Notes: generated from the letters alone by a model not told the origin. 63,681 nt of DNA, filler included, from Octopus bimaculoides (GCF_001194135.2; 4 parts of 3 records of this genome joined end to end with filler, not necessarily neighbours in it); one strand, 5' to 3'; counted from the whole stretch's first letter, positions 13,080-26,501 are shown. Translations and numbers: made by a program.

Positions 13080-13620
13080 AATTCTTCATTGACCTTATTG
13101 CCAACACTCACTTTACTGACTGCATCTTTGAAAATGGTTTGCACCACTCTCATAAGCCATTCATCTACATCTTTTTTAATGACCACCAGACTGCAGATCA
13201 TGGTATTCTGTCAGAGGCTTTCTCCAAATCAACAAATGCTAAGTACAGTGGATTACTTGTAGCTAAGAATTTCTTTGCAAATGTTTCACAAAGAAGAGGG
13301 CATCAGTAGAATCCTGACTTGGTACAAATCTAAACAGCATCTCAACTTCAGTGGTACCCCTACTTGCTACAAATTTGAACAAACTCTCATCTGAATTAAT
13401 TTTCTTCCTAATTAATTGTGCTTAAGCTCTTTCCCAACATGGTCTGACAGTTTGATACCTCTGTAGTTACTTCTTTCTAGAATGTCTCTTCCTTGTAGTT
13501 GTTGAAAATAATATTATTTTGCCAGTCTCTAAGTATTGACTAAGACAATAACTATCTTGAACCCAACATACTTTGCCAATAGCTTTCCTTGCCTCCACTT
13601 AATCTTTAGTACACTGTATT
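13080..13620 (-). mobile_element. RTE-clade LINE reverse-transcriptase remnant
   Basis: Minus strand gives PLYLAFVDLEKASDRIP...DEWLMRVVQTIFKDAVSKVSVGNKVNEE with stops and frameshifts, typical of RTE RT. Confidence 0.8.
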
Positions 13621-13654
13621 TTTTCTAGATTTGTTTCTCCTGCCACTGTTCTGT

Positions 13655-14097
13655 TACTGCAAAGGAGAGAACTCAATATGGAGACATGATGCATCTACAG
13701 TGTGCTAAAGGTTAAAGTGGAGGGAAGTTATGGAAAAGGAAAACTGAGGAAGACATGGGATGAAGTACTGAAGGCTGATCTCAAAATGCTGAGCCTTATA
13801 AAGATGAGAGGGCCAAGGTATGTGCCATATTGCTGTACTCAAGAAGGCCAACCCACTACAAGATGCCATGTTAAAAGCATTGGTGTGGGTGGTGGTGTCA
13901 TGTAAAAAGCACTGGTGATGGTGTCACATAAAAAGTACCGAGTAAACTCAGTCAAATGGTTGTCGTTAGGAAGGGCATCCAGCTGTAGAAACCAAGCAAT
14001 GGAACTTGGTGTGGCCCTTGGCTTTGCCAGTCCCTGTCAAGCCATCTAACCCATGCTAATATGGAAAATGGATGTCAAATGTGGTTGATGATGATGA
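13655..14097 (+). mobile_element. RTE-clade LINE 3' end
   Basis: LKVKVEGSYGKGKLRKTWDEVLKADLKMLSL resembles the RTE ORF C-terminus (VEG..GRPRKTW). It is followed by GTAAAAAGCAC repeats and a (GAT)n tail. Confidence 0.75.
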
Positions 14098-14230
14098 CAA
14101 ACCAACTTATTCCACTTTCAAACAGATAGGACGAGGGTTGGGAGGGGGGGAAAATACAATCATAAGTTACAGTTAAAAAAGAATTAGATAAAAAAATAAA
14201 TGTTGGAAAGAGGAAACTGTTTCTACTTAC

Positions 14231-14336
14231 TGATGACTCTCTAAAAGTTCTTCAATGGCTTCGTCAGTGAACGATGCTGTTTCACTAGGTGGATGTGAAG
14301 GTGAACGACCATTAACGTTCACTTTTCTATCTTCTC
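14231..14336 (-). CDS. MPDZ: Internal coding exon, inter-PDZ linker (GEDRKVNVNGRSPSHPPSETASFTDEAIEELLESHQ)
   Basis: 106 nt; acceptor ttactttcag and donor GTAAG. Phase 1 in (G|GA=Gly) and phase 2 out match both neighbouring exons exactly. Confidence 0.87.
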
Positions 14337-15189
14337 CTGAAAGTAAACAATTACAAAAAAGTATATGAGTGAGGTGTTTATCTTCATATGGAAGAAGACA
14401 GGACCCAAGACCCTTTACAGGGCCTCTGATACTGATGCTTGCAACAGAGTGGACCCTGTAAAAGACATTCAAAAGCCAGGTGCTGTTAAACAACATGATG
14501 AATTAAATCCACTACTTATGTAGGCTATGGTAGGACTTGAACTGACAATACCAAGAGCCAGAACTAATATTACATGGCATTCTGTCTGATGCTCTACCAT
14601 CCAAGACTGGTATTCTACTTTATCAACCTTGAAAGAATGAAAGGCATTGGTGGGATTTGAACTAAGAACACTGGAATGAATACCACAAGGTATTTTGTCC
14701 AGTGCTCTAACAACTCTACCAATGAGCTGCTTATAAATAAATATTAGAATTAGAACTGGTTAAGTTAATGAAAGGGCTCTACATGGTTGCATGATGACTG
14801 GCTAGAAACAGCAGCCATGTCTTCTTTCAATCACATTTTATTGTTTCAGAAAAGAAAGACATATTGAATAATGATACATTATATTTAGGCAAAACAAAAG
14901 GTTGGAGGGAGGTGATTGGTTACAGCTGGAATGCTTTTGGTCATAAGTCAGCTCAATCAAACAATCTCTAGTGGTCAATCACAACAGTTATTATTATTAT
15001 TATTATTTCAGTGGTCAAATTTTTACTGTATTCTTTCACTGCATGACCAAATGTAGGTTTTGATCTGGGTGAATGCAGTATTTAGTTTTATTTTAGTGTT
15101 TCCCTGCTCTATTGAACTATTGTCACACAATGTATGCGCAGATATTAATAGTGCTACTATCTATAATATCATTAATATTCTACAAATAC

Positions 15190-15262
<73 letters not shown>

Positions 15263-15330
15263 GATATGCTTGAGAAGACCTGTTGAGTGAAGTAAAACCA
15301 ATATCATAGCTGTGGCCAGTGCCTCCTGAC

Positions 15331-15590
15331 TGGCTCCCATGCTGGTGGCACGTAAAAAGCACCATACGAACGTGGTCCATGCCAGGTCTACCCGAGTGGC
15401 TCCCGTGCTGGTGGCACGTAAAAAGCACCATACGAACGTGGTCCATGCCAGGTCTGCCTGAGTGGCTCCTGTGCTGGTGGCACGTAAAAAGCACCATCCA
15501 AAGTTGGCTGATGCCAGTACCCACTGACTGGCCCCCATGCCAGTGGAATGTAAAAAGCACCCACTACACTCTCGAAGTGGCTGGTGTTAG
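15331..15590 (+). repeat. 66-bp minisatellite (4 units) within an RTE-type 3' tail element (about 15300-15718)
   Basis: Unit starts at 15331, 15397, 15463 and 15529. Each carries GGTGGCACGTAAAAAGCACC or a variant. The element ends in (GAT)n. Confidence 0.85.
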
Positions 15591-16568
15591 GAAGGGCATC
15601 TAGCTGTAGAAACATTGCCAGATAAGAGCCTGGTGTAGCCACTGGCTCTCCAGACCTCAGTCAAACCATCCAACCCATGCCAGCATGGAAAACAGACGTT
15701 AAACAATGATGATGATATATAATATATATATATATATATAATTCATTTGTTAAATTGTATACATGACTATGAACTAAATGGAGTGAAAGCCATGCAGGAG
15801 TGGTAAAGGGAATGGTGGTAGTGATGATGATGTGATAGTGATGCTAATGATGATGTGATGATGGTGGTGGTAATGATGATGATCATGGAGATTGGAATGC
15901 AGAGGTTATGAATCATAGTGGACAACATGCTGTCATCTTAGACAAGTTTCTTAATGCTTCACACACTACTCTTTAGTAATCTTGTAACATAATTTGTATG
16001 ATGATGTACTCACAGAAAACAATGTAAAACCCACTATTATCTGTTTGTGTATGTATGTGTGCATACATGTTCATGGCTACATGGCTAAGAGGTTAAAAAA
16101 TTTACATCTCACTACTCTGCATAACACCTTGGGCAAGTGTTTTCACTCACAGCCTGTGTCCAACACAAGCATTGTGACTAAAACTGGCTAGATGGAAAAT
16201 GTGTAGATTGCACTATCAGATGGATGGCACCAAAGTCTCTATGACACATTGTACCTTGTTGCACAGATTTTGTCTGGGGTTTATGTTAAGGCTACAAGTA
16301 TCTGTGAAATCAGTTGCCCATTGGACACTGTAAAACAGGAAGTAGGCAGTTCAACTGTTCAGAATATACAATGTGACATAGCTGAACCTTTTAAATTTCT
16401 GGTACAATACATTTGATGTGTTGAGTTTCTGTACAGTTTCCATCTACCTAAATTCATTCACAAGCCTTAGGTTAGCTCGAAACTATTGGAAAGGTACTTT
16501 CCAAGATGCCATGTGGTTGTACTGAACTGGAGATCTAATGGTTGTGAAATGAACTTCTTAACCAGATA

Positions 16569-16750
16569 GGTGCAGGCATGGCTGTGTGGTAAGAAGCTTG
16601 CTTCCCAACCCCATAGTTCTGGGTTCAGCCTCACTGTGTAGAACCTTGGACAGGTATTTTCTACTATAGCTTTGGGCTAATCAAAGCCTTGTGAGTGGAT
16701 TTGGCAGACAGAAATTGAAAGAAGCTCATTGTATATATATTTACACACAT

Positions 16751-16791
<41 letters not shown>

Positions 16792-17012
16792 TGTGTGCCT
16801 TTGAGTTTGTGTTTGTCCTCCACCACCACTTGACAACCAGTGGTGGTATGTTTACAGCCCCATAACTTAGTGGTTTGGTAAAAGAGACTGATAGAAAAAA
16901 TACCAGACTTAACAAAAATAAGTACTGGAGTTGATTCATTCAACTAAAAATTCTTCAAAATGGTGCCCCAGCATGGCCATGGTCTAATGACTTTAACATA
17001 TAAAAGATAAAA
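16569..17012 (+). mobile_element. tRNA-derived SINE family 1 (with internal TA/TG microsatellite)
   Basis: Head GGCATGGCTGTGTGGTAAGAAG...GGGTTCAG, CCTTGGGCAAGTG-like core and AAAGATAAAAGA tail. Other copies lie at about 910-1075, 2400-2556(-), 12318-13045, 25600-25730, 44230-44400(-), 48107-48650(-), 54184-54510, 60350-60778 and 63231-63390(-). Confidence 0.8.
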
Positions 17013-17789
17013 GATTCAGCCATGAATGTGTGTGTACATGTATGTTTGGATGTGAGTGTGTATGTGAATGGTTAGATCTCTGTCAGTTTCAATGATAAAT
17101 ATTCAGTTGTCCAATCACTTAATTCATACACTAGTAGCTGAGTATTCCACAGGGTTGTGTAGGTTCAGCATGAATTTTAGGCAGAATCAGTGTAACACTG
17201 TGTGTGACAAAGTTGTACCTTCTGAATTAGAGGTACAATCCACCCAAGGCCTTCTATACAGTTTCCATCAATCCAGTATTACACATGAGGTATGAGTCAA
17301 CCGAAAGATATAGAAAATAATATTTGCCCAAGACACATGGTTACAACAAACTCCTTAACCATTCGACCAAACTCTACCTACCCTATACGATAAGTTGAAA
17401 TTCACCTACCTATCAAATCAAAGTAACCTTTAGAATGTGCAAAATTTAAACCCCCAAACTCTATTCCTCCTCCTGTGATACTCTCCCAAAATATGCCCCC
17501 CATCACCACCACTATACCCAGACTTTTGAGTCTTTGTAATTAGTGTCTTGTTTACATCATTGAATATATTTTGAAACAATGAAATGGGTGGCTCTATGTG
17601 GCCACTTGACTTCAAAAAAATAGTAGCCAAACATCCCTCAAATTACATGCCATCTTACTAAAGACCATATTACATAATGTAGTCCTAAATACACAAACCA
17701 GGAGATAGATGGGATGGTCATAGCTGGAACATCACCTTTGATTACAGGCCTCACCTGACGTTAAACAACTACAAGCCTCTACTTGCTTG

Positions 17790-17995
17790 CCTGGTCTGCT
17801 AGATATAGCAGCTAAATCTTTCTCACAAAACACTATTATTTTATAAAAGAATGCACATTGGATAATGTAGTCAGAGTTGAAGAAGGTTACACTATTCCTG
17901 AAAGAGAAAAGAAGAGACAAAATGTGCTGGTCCCAGCTTGAAGCCTTTTGATCAAGTCTACTCAGTCAGGATTGAGCTGGGGCGAAACATAGAGA
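17790..17995 (+). repeat. Dispersed repeat family (GCTAGAAATAGCAGCTAAATCT...GCTGGAATGC...CTGGGGCTAAACAACAAC)
   Basis: Related copies at about 6046-6236, 14776-14960, 24040-24150, 60780-60860, 62480-62760 and 62830-62990. Confidence 0.6.
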
Positions 17996-18519
17996 ACAAC
18001 TTGCATGCATGTCTTAGTGAGGTTAACTTTTTTTTTTGTTGCAGTGCAGTAGTGCATTTGAAGCAGTGAGCTGCAGTTTAGTTGTAATAATAAAAGTTAA
18101 AGAGTGATATCTGCAGTTGTGCTCATTGCTTACCTGGGACTCTCAGTCTACTTCTACTACGACCTAATTAGGATGGCAACAACATAAACAGAATAAATGA
18201 ATTAATAATAAATAAAGTTTTTTTTTTTGCAAACTTTCCTAATTTTCATCTGTAATATGTACCAGCAGATTCAATGAGAATGTGCTAGTTGCTGTTGTAT
18301 TTCCACAGTGGAGAACAACTCCTTCAAAATACCAATGTCTTGACCTTTTGTATGTCTCAATAAATGACACCCTAGACCAATGAATCAAACAAAGGGTTTT
18401 GGGCTCTTCATGTTCGGATTCAGCAAATAAATTATTTCCCAATGTCAGCCAACTGATAATAAATTATTTTCATGGTAAGTAGAGAGAATCAAAACTATGA
18501 CACATATTTATTCATAATA

Positions 18520-18960
18520 GAGTCTGGCAGATTCAAATGTAAATATGCTAATTGCTCTTGTATTACATCATTGGTGAAAAACTTCTTGTATTCATAATAC
18601 ACTCGGTTCATTAGTGTAAGTGAGGAGGGGGATATAATACAACAGCAATTAGTATGTTCACATTCAAATCTGCTGTAAGATATTAAGAATGAATGTCTAT
18701 ATATCATCATTTTGATTCTAGCTATTCTCTGTACACATGAAGATTTATAATTGGTAAGAACACATCAGCAAATAATTTGTTTACTGAATTTTATAAACGA
18801 GAGCCAAAAACTACTCGGGTAGTTTTGGTTGAGAGACACACAAGGTTGAAACACTGGTGTCTCAAAATCCCCTTACCCGACATAATTGAGTGTGTTATGG
18901 AATACACATTCATCTGAAAGGAGAAGTTATTTTAATTTATATTCGAATCTGCCAGAACTT
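18520..18960. repeat. Inverted repeat pair, possible MITE
   Basis: gagtctggcagattcaaatgtaaat (18520-18544) versus atttatattcgaatctgccagaact (18936-18960). Confidence 0.4.
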
Positions 18961-21016
18961 ATTAGCATCTATCATTGGCCTAATTTTCACTGCTCACCAT
19001 GTACATAATTTATTTCCTAATTTAAAAAAAAAATTATTTTTTTTATACAAACTTTTACTTTTAATATAAATTTTCCAAATAAAGAAGTTGTAAAGTACAG
19101 GCTTCTGTTATTTTTTTACATTTGCAATTTGTTGTTTTAAGTGCAAATGAAATTCATAAGGCAAGGATAGATTGTAATGTTTATGGGGAACAAGTTGTGA
19201 TGATTGGAGAAGGGGAATTTTTCAAAGGTATTTTACAATGAAACTAGAAACATAAAAATCAAAATCTGTGATTTTTGATACTCAGGGATTGTTATTGCTA
19301 TATGTAAACAAATGACAACAATAATATACCTTCAATAACAACGAAAATAATTATATTAAAATATCTTTAATAGTAGTGGTAGTAGTAGTAAACCTTTCAA
19401 CTATAGGTAGAAGGCCTGGAATTTTAGGGGAAGTGGCTAGCTGACTACATCAACCCTAGTGCTCAACCGGTACTTGATTCAGGTACAAAGCCAGTAATTT
19501 TGAGGTGAAGCAGCTGGTCAATACCACTGGCCCCAGAACTTGATCTGTACTCTATTTTGTATAACCTCAGAGGGATGAAAGGCAAAGCTGATCCAGGTGG
19601 GATTTGAACTCAAAACATAAAGAGCCAGAAGAAATACTGCTAAGCATTTTATCCAACATTCTGCCACTCATTGCCTTAACAACAACAACAGAATTTTTAA
19701 TTAATATAAGTAATAATAACGATGTCAACCTAGAGAACTGAAGGAAATACTGCTTAGCATTTTTGCCTGAAGCACTAATGCTAGCAGTAATAATAACAAC
19801 AACAAATGCCCCTATTTTGTTGTTATTATTAAGGTGGCATTAACTGATCTAAACAAATGCCTAGTGGCATTTCTACCAGTTTTGTGTATTGAGCTCAAAT
19901 TTGCCTTTCATCCTTTTGGGGCTGTTAAAATAAATACCAGTTAAGAGCACTGGGGATCAATGTAACTGACTAGCCTCTCCTCACAAAATTTCAGGCTTTG
20001 CACCTGTTGTAGAAAGAATCATTATTATTATTTGTTTTGTTTCAGATTGTCAGATTACCCTTTTGATTAAATGATCAGTTATTAAGAACACAAATACAGA
20101 ATCTTTAATAATGGAATTAAAAAATAAAACTCAATTTTTTCTTTTGCAATTAAACATATTGACATTTTTCAATTTTTAGATGCAATGAAGAATAAAAAAA
20201 TTATTGAAATAAAGGAATAAAAACATAATTGTATAACTACAAAATTAAAATAACATAAATTAAATTAAATGATTTTTCCTTCTTTTATTCAAAAGGAACT
20301 GAAGATTAAATTGCACAATCAAAGTAATAATAACAACTGTTTCAAATTTTGGCACAAGGCCAGCAATTTTAAAGAGAGTGGGCAAGTCAATTACACTGAA
20401 TCCCAGTGCTCAACTGGTACTTATTTTATCAGCTTCAAAAGGATGAAAGGCAAAACTGATCTTAGTGGAATTTGAACTCTTAACCTAAAGAGCCAGAAGA
20501 TATGCCACTAAGCATTTTGACCAATGTGCTAACAATTCTATCAGTTCACTATCTTAATAATAATTATAAGGGTGGCAGGGGATTTTCTGTTTTAAAAGGA
20601 TTGTCAAACTGCTTCCATCTAAAGCTACTTGCTACAAATTGTGTGTGTTTCATGCAAACAAAATAAAAAAGACAGAAGGTACAAGAGAGGGCAATTACAG
20701 AAGATGAATTAAGGTAAGAGGGAGAAAGAAGTTAGAATATGAAGTGTGGTGGGGAGGGAAACAAAGTGATTGGAGTGACAGTGTAGAAGAGCAGGGTGAA
20801 GTAGGAGAGACTAATGTTGTAACTAGTAGTGGGAGGAGGGAGAGAGAGGGAAGACTAATTGTAGGAAGTGGTGAGAGAGAAATGGCAGAAGATAATGGGA
20901 GAGAGATACAGATAGAGATCACGTTTGATGCTACAAGAGAGAGGATATGATGTGACGAGTAGTTGTAGAGATAATTGACAGTAAGAGAGCATGGTTGTTA
21001 TTAATGCAACAACAAT

Positions 21017-21057
<41 letters not shown>

Positions 21058-22564
21058 GCTAGTAGTTCAGATGGCAACAGTAAGAATGATGCCATCAAAA
21101 CAAATAAATGAGTGGTCTCAGCAAGAGGGCGTGATGGCTGACATTACAGAAGGGTAAGTGGAGAATAATAATAGATTCAATGCTATGCCTTGTTATTCAG
21201 GTATTGCGGGGAGGGTAGTGAGATAAGATGGTGGCAGAGGGATATTATAAGGATAGATCCAAATGTTTTCCTTCATTTCAAGGGTGGCATGAAACAGTGA
21301 ATGTGTAGAGGGGTGATGGGTAGCAGAAGACTAACAACTGGTGATAGGTGTCTGTGTGTGTATGTGTGCGTGAGACAAGGCTAAAGACAGCTCCAAGTTT
21401 GAATACAGGTGATAAGAGTAGAAATTCTTACACTCAAAATACCTTACATTACTATTTAAGTTCATACACCAAACTTTATGTATACTTCTGGAAATGGACT
21501 TATAAATCAAAGCAAGATAGAAGTAGGAAGAGTTAGTAAGTCTTGACAAAATCCAGAAAAGTTGCATTCGTATCTTTGGGATATCAGCACATCCATAATG
21601 AATTAATGTAGAAATGTTTATGATAATCAAAAACATGCTTTTATCCAGATTAATTATTATCCAATTTTAAAAGGCTTTTGATTCTATTAAATACAACTTC
21701 AGTATCACAGATAAGGACATACAAATAATAATAAATACTACAAAATAAATTACCTTCTGTAACAATAATGTAAATAAAAAACAACAACAACAGAACAATA
21801 TTAAACTTTTTGGCATAAACATTGGAGTCAGAGACTTAGCAGAAATCTCAAATTGGTTTAAAACTTGATACACAATAAATCCTAATCAGTTTTCCATTGT
21901 TATATTTTGGGATGGTAATTTTTTTTTTTTTTGCCAAATAAATATGTGCACTATATATTTGTTCCTCATTTTAGCTTTATTATTGTTCTTATTTTAGTAT
22001 CCTTTGTCTGAAATGTTTCATCACACATCTTGTAACCTCTTCAGCAACAATCCATCCTTTCCAGAAATATGAATGAGCAGCTTTGGACCAAATGATTCAA
22101 TACAATCTATAAATCTCAATTCCAACAACTTCACATAAGTTCTCATAAATATACCTACAAATTTAGGTAAGAAAATATAAGCTATATTTAATGATGAAGC
22201 CTATTTAAATAGAATAGCCCTATGTGTATAATAACAAACTAGCATCAAGCTGCTTCAAATAAACCATTTAGTTGTCAGAAACAAACAGCTGAGTAAGGCT
22301 CATGTGGTATTTAGACAATGTTACAACCCAGATTGAAAACATAATCCTTGTTATTGTAAAACTACACTCTCCCCCAAGACATGCATACAGGAAATTTTTC
22401 CGCACAAACTTCCTCAAAACAAGCTATCCAACACTGGCTAAACTTCACTAAAATGCTATCACTCAGTAATAATTCTAATTATCAGAACACAGGCAATATT
22501 AGTTCCCTGAAAATAGAACAATAATTCACAGAATGAGAGATCAATAAAACAAAATAGCCTAGTA

Positions 22565-22700
22565 AAATTTAGTTATCTATGCAGCTACTGTCACATCTAA
22601 CATAAACGAGAATGGAATAAATTACATTGGAATGAGAGTAAATCAATTTAAGACGAGATATAATCTGCATAAATATATATTTAGAACAGAGTATTTTGAA
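22565..22700 (+). mobile_element. Penelope-like element GIY-YIG endonuclease relic
   Basis: NLVIYAATVTSNINENGINYIGMRVNQFKTRYNLHKYIF fits the Penelope GIY-YIG pattern (VIY...YIG..N.FK.RY..HK). The relic probably extends over about 22080-22900. Confidence 0.75.
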
Positions 22701-25310
22701 AATTAATATCATAACCAACACAATTAAAAGTATCTTTCAGACAAAGCAAAACCATATTTAAAATCTAATTCTTTCAGCAGCATGTATGCAAATTTGAAAA
22801 GCAAACATTGAAACAAATAGAGTTAATGTTTTCTTGCCATCAAAACAAACATACTTTCTAAGGTATTACAATGGTATCCCACTAATGATACTCTGAACTA
22901 GCAATGATATATAACCCATTTTTAAAAGACATTTTAGTGTTTTTCAGCATCTTATAGATCAAATAAGAAATAGGTTCAATTACTTTCCTATATTAGCTTG
23001 TTTACTCAAAGTTGCTTCTAAATTAATTACTAATAGACCACTCAGCTGCCAAAAATGAGTAGTACCTGTTTTTCAAAGGGCCATCCTTGTCACACGCTAT
23101 GTCACGCTGAATCTCCCTGAGAACTACGTTAAGGGTACACGTGTTTGTGGAGTGCTCAGCCACTTGCATGTTAATTTTACGAGCAAGCTGTTCCATCAAT
23201 CGTATCAGCTGGGACACTTGTCGACGCAACTGACTAATAGACCACTTAAACACTCCTACTAATAGACCACTTAAACACGTGTGCACAACATCCCATTATG
23301 TACCAGCCAATGAGAAACAGCATTTAAAAAATGTGAAACAATGATTGAATTATAACAGTGTATTAATAATAAATTATATAGTTGGAATATGTAATGGTGA
23401 AAGTGTAAAATTTATCCTACATTACATGATAAACCATGCGTTAACAAAACTTTGTAGTGTAATGTGAATGCATTATATTCAGCCCTTAACACACAGGTAT
23501 ATACACATATAGACAGTGATGGAAAGAAAAATTATACAGGTGGCAGTACTCCCTTACTTTTCAGCTCACAGAGGAGGGGCTTACAACACTTAACCTTCAT
23601 TTCCTCCCAACTTCTGCCTTACAAACATTTGTGAACCTCTATTTCCTATAATGCATATCCATCATGACACACACACAGTGAGGTATCTACAGTCAGTAGG
23701 GTCTATGTTCCTAATGTGCAGAACTGAAGGAAATCTAACAAACATCTTACCTTGCTTAATCCTGTCACCAGCTTTTTTTTTTTTTTGTTTTAGTTAAGAA
23801 AAAATATATTAATGTTATTTTTTTTACAGCTTCTACATTGTTAAATATATATAGTAAATATATTGTCTCTATATTTGAAATACTTTTTGCATTGTTTTTA
23901 GCCTGATTTCTTCATACTATATACATATGTATAAATAGCTATATATATATAAACTAAAATCTGACTAAACGAGACCAATGGAAGAATCTCTACACGTTTA
24001 CTCAATCTACTGACAATAACAATCAAATCCCACTCAAATTCCATTGCAACATATTTACAAAAAAAAAGGATAACATAGAGCTAGATAGACTGTGACTGTG
24101 ATAAAACAGTGATATGGTCATGGCTGGATACTTGAAGTATCTCCTGAACTATGTTGATTTATAACTTTCAGGTCATGCAAAAGGCTAGGTTTTGCTTTTC
24201 CTCTTCTGACTAATCCCCTGCTCCTCTAAGCAAAATTATTAAAAATATTGTATTTTGAGAACAGAATAAGATGTTATGAAATAGTCTGCCTCATGCACAC
24301 AGGCTGATGAGGCCAGAGTTTATTTGGATATCTGAACATACAAGACATACCAATTAAACACACACACACACACACGCATATACATATACACCTTAAAAAC
24401 CCATGTAATTTATGCACATTTTTTTGCAAAAATAAAAATAAACTTTAGGTTTGTTGTACTGTTTGCGCCAATTTCAAACATTAAAATGCCTTCTGGCAGC
24501 TCTATTGCCATGTTCAAATGCATATTCAACATATTTAATTTCTCCTTTGCAGTAAACAATTCATAAGTTCTGCTCATACTGACAATAGTGGTAATAACAA
24601 GTTTTAAAGTTTGCTTGACATTTTATAAGTGTAAAAAGGATTAAAATTTCAATATTCCATATCAAAGGTTCTGACAAGAACAGGTGGAAAAGAATTTTGT
24701 TTACATAATCAGTTTGATCAGTCACCTTCCTCTATCAGTTGAGTATAGTGTTAGCCAAACTGATGTTTATTGGTAATTAAACTTAATTTGCAACACCTGT
24801 GCATATTTATCAGCTTTGTTTTTGTTGGTAATTCTTATCAACAACTTTTCCTGTTATCATGATTTGAGAAGACATACAGCAGTATGCTAAAGACGGGACA
24901 ATCTCTTATGGGCAAAAAATGTAAAATAAAGTTTATGATAAATAACACAAACACTTCGTAATTTAATAGCTTTCAATGTGATACCTGTTAAACAGAAATT
25001 ATTTTTATTTAATGAAAATTTAATAAAATCTAATTATAAGTAAGCGAAATTATGCTAAATACAACTAAACTGAAAACCTTTTTCCCCTGGCTATATCAGC
25101 AATTTTGAAAACTCTTAGGTGCAAATTTTACATGAGTAGAAGTTTTTTTTTTNNNNNNNNNNNNNNNNNNNNNNNNNNNNNNNNNNNNNNNNNNNNNNNN
25201 NNNNNNNNNNNNNNNNNNNNNNNNNNNNNNNNNNNNNNNNNNNNNNNNNNNNNNNNNNNNNNNNNNNNNNNNNNNNNNNNNNNNNNNNNNNNNNNNNNNN
25301 NNNNNNNNNN

Positions 25311-25360
<50 letters not shown>

Positions 25361-25452
25361 TAGAGAAAATTAAAACACAAAGTATTATATCAGCAATTGT
25401 GTTATGGGTAGTGGGGGAAGATAAAAGTATGGAAGAAAATTTGACTACATAC

Positions 25453-25567
25453 CATGGGTTACAGTAAGGATGACAGGGGCAGAGGTGTCCTTCAGCATAT
25501 TAACCACTTCTGTATGGGTCAAACCCTTAGTTGACATTTCATTGACAGCCAATATCTGGTCACCAAT
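25453..25567 (-). CDS. MPDZ: Internal coding exon, C-terminal half of penultimate PDZ (IGDQILAVNEMSTKGLTHTEVVNMLKDTSAPVILTVTH)
   Basis: Not in the ORF track; read by hand. 115 nt; acceptor ctttatctctctag, donor GTATG; phase 0 in, phase 1 out. Shows the PDZ GD-x-I-L-x-V-N and L-T-H-x-E-V-V motifs. Confidence 0.93.
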
Positions 25568-25741
25568 CTAGAGAGATAAAGTAATACATATATATAGGTT
25601 TGGCTATGTGGTCAAGAAGTTTGCTTTCCAAACACAAGGTTTTGAGTTCAGTCCCACTGCAAGTGTCTTCTGTTGTAGCCCCAGGTCAACCAAAGCCTTA
25701 TGAGTTGATTTGTTGGAGGAAAACTACAATAAATCCATTAT

Positions 25742-25772
<31 letters not shown>

Positions 25773-26111
25773 TATATTCACTAGTCCTCAGTCAAATCGT
25801 CCAACCCATGCTACCATGGAAAGCAGATGTTAAATGATGATGATGATGATGATGATATATATGTACGTATGTTTATGTCTTTCTCTTGACATTACAGGGC
25901 AGTTGTAAATGAGTGTCACTGTCATACAAGCAGTGCTGTTCATTTCCAATATTCTGCGAGAATATGTCTGGCCATGGGGAAATATTATCTTGCTTGGAAA
26001 CAAGTGAGGGTTGGTAATAGGAAGGGCATTTAGCTACAGAAAAACTGCCTTGTTAACCTCTGTCTGACCCATGTAAGAATGAAAAAATGAACATTACATT
26101 CAATGATGATG

Positions 26112-26153
<42 letters not shown>

Positions 26154-26501
26154 CACACAAGCACAAGACAAAGCTTGAATTAAAAGCACAAAGAAGTATG
26201 TGTGTGTGTGTACACACACACACACACACATACATGAGATTGTTTATAAAACATTTAGTTACATTCTTCTTCTGTATATTTCATTAACAAAGTGTAATTA
26301 TTTATTTAATGAAATAAATTATACAACCAAACTACATTGTCAAATCATCAGAGACATGTAATATTCATATGTAATATTACTGAATTAGTGACATTGTCGT
26401 CATCACAGAGTAAGCAACCCTCTGTTTCTATTTAATAGGTTTTTGTGTTTTTAAACAACTGATGTGATTGTTTTAATATGGAATTTTTAATGAAATCTTA
26501 C

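Noticed and set aside
15331-15590. CRISPR-like repeat/spacer pattern
   Set aside because: The spacers are near-identical, there are no cas genes, and the context is a eukaryotic retroelement tail.
15161-15642. Overlapping ORFs with repeated peptides
   Set aside because: By-product of the 66-bp (22-codon) minisatellite; open in several frames on both strands.
16239-16382. 16-bp inverted repeat (also a weak one at 24680-24810)
   Set aside because: The arms are short and the interior does not pair; likely very old MITE remnants or chance.
17732-17920. Strong minus-strand acceptor at 17898 suggesting an alternative terminal exon (...THGIV*)
   Set aside because: It lies within a dispersed repeat with several copies in the window and there is no independent support. 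The 25453 and 14336 exons already join in phase.
20695-21050. Purine-rich tract with 68-75 aa ORFs
   Set aside because: Low-complexity strand bias merging into (GA)n; no domain.
23746-23773. AGDRIKQ plus GTAAG, resembling a PDZ GDRI exon
   Set aside because: Preceded by a poly-A run rather than a pyrimidine tract, and the true exon is at 25453-25567.
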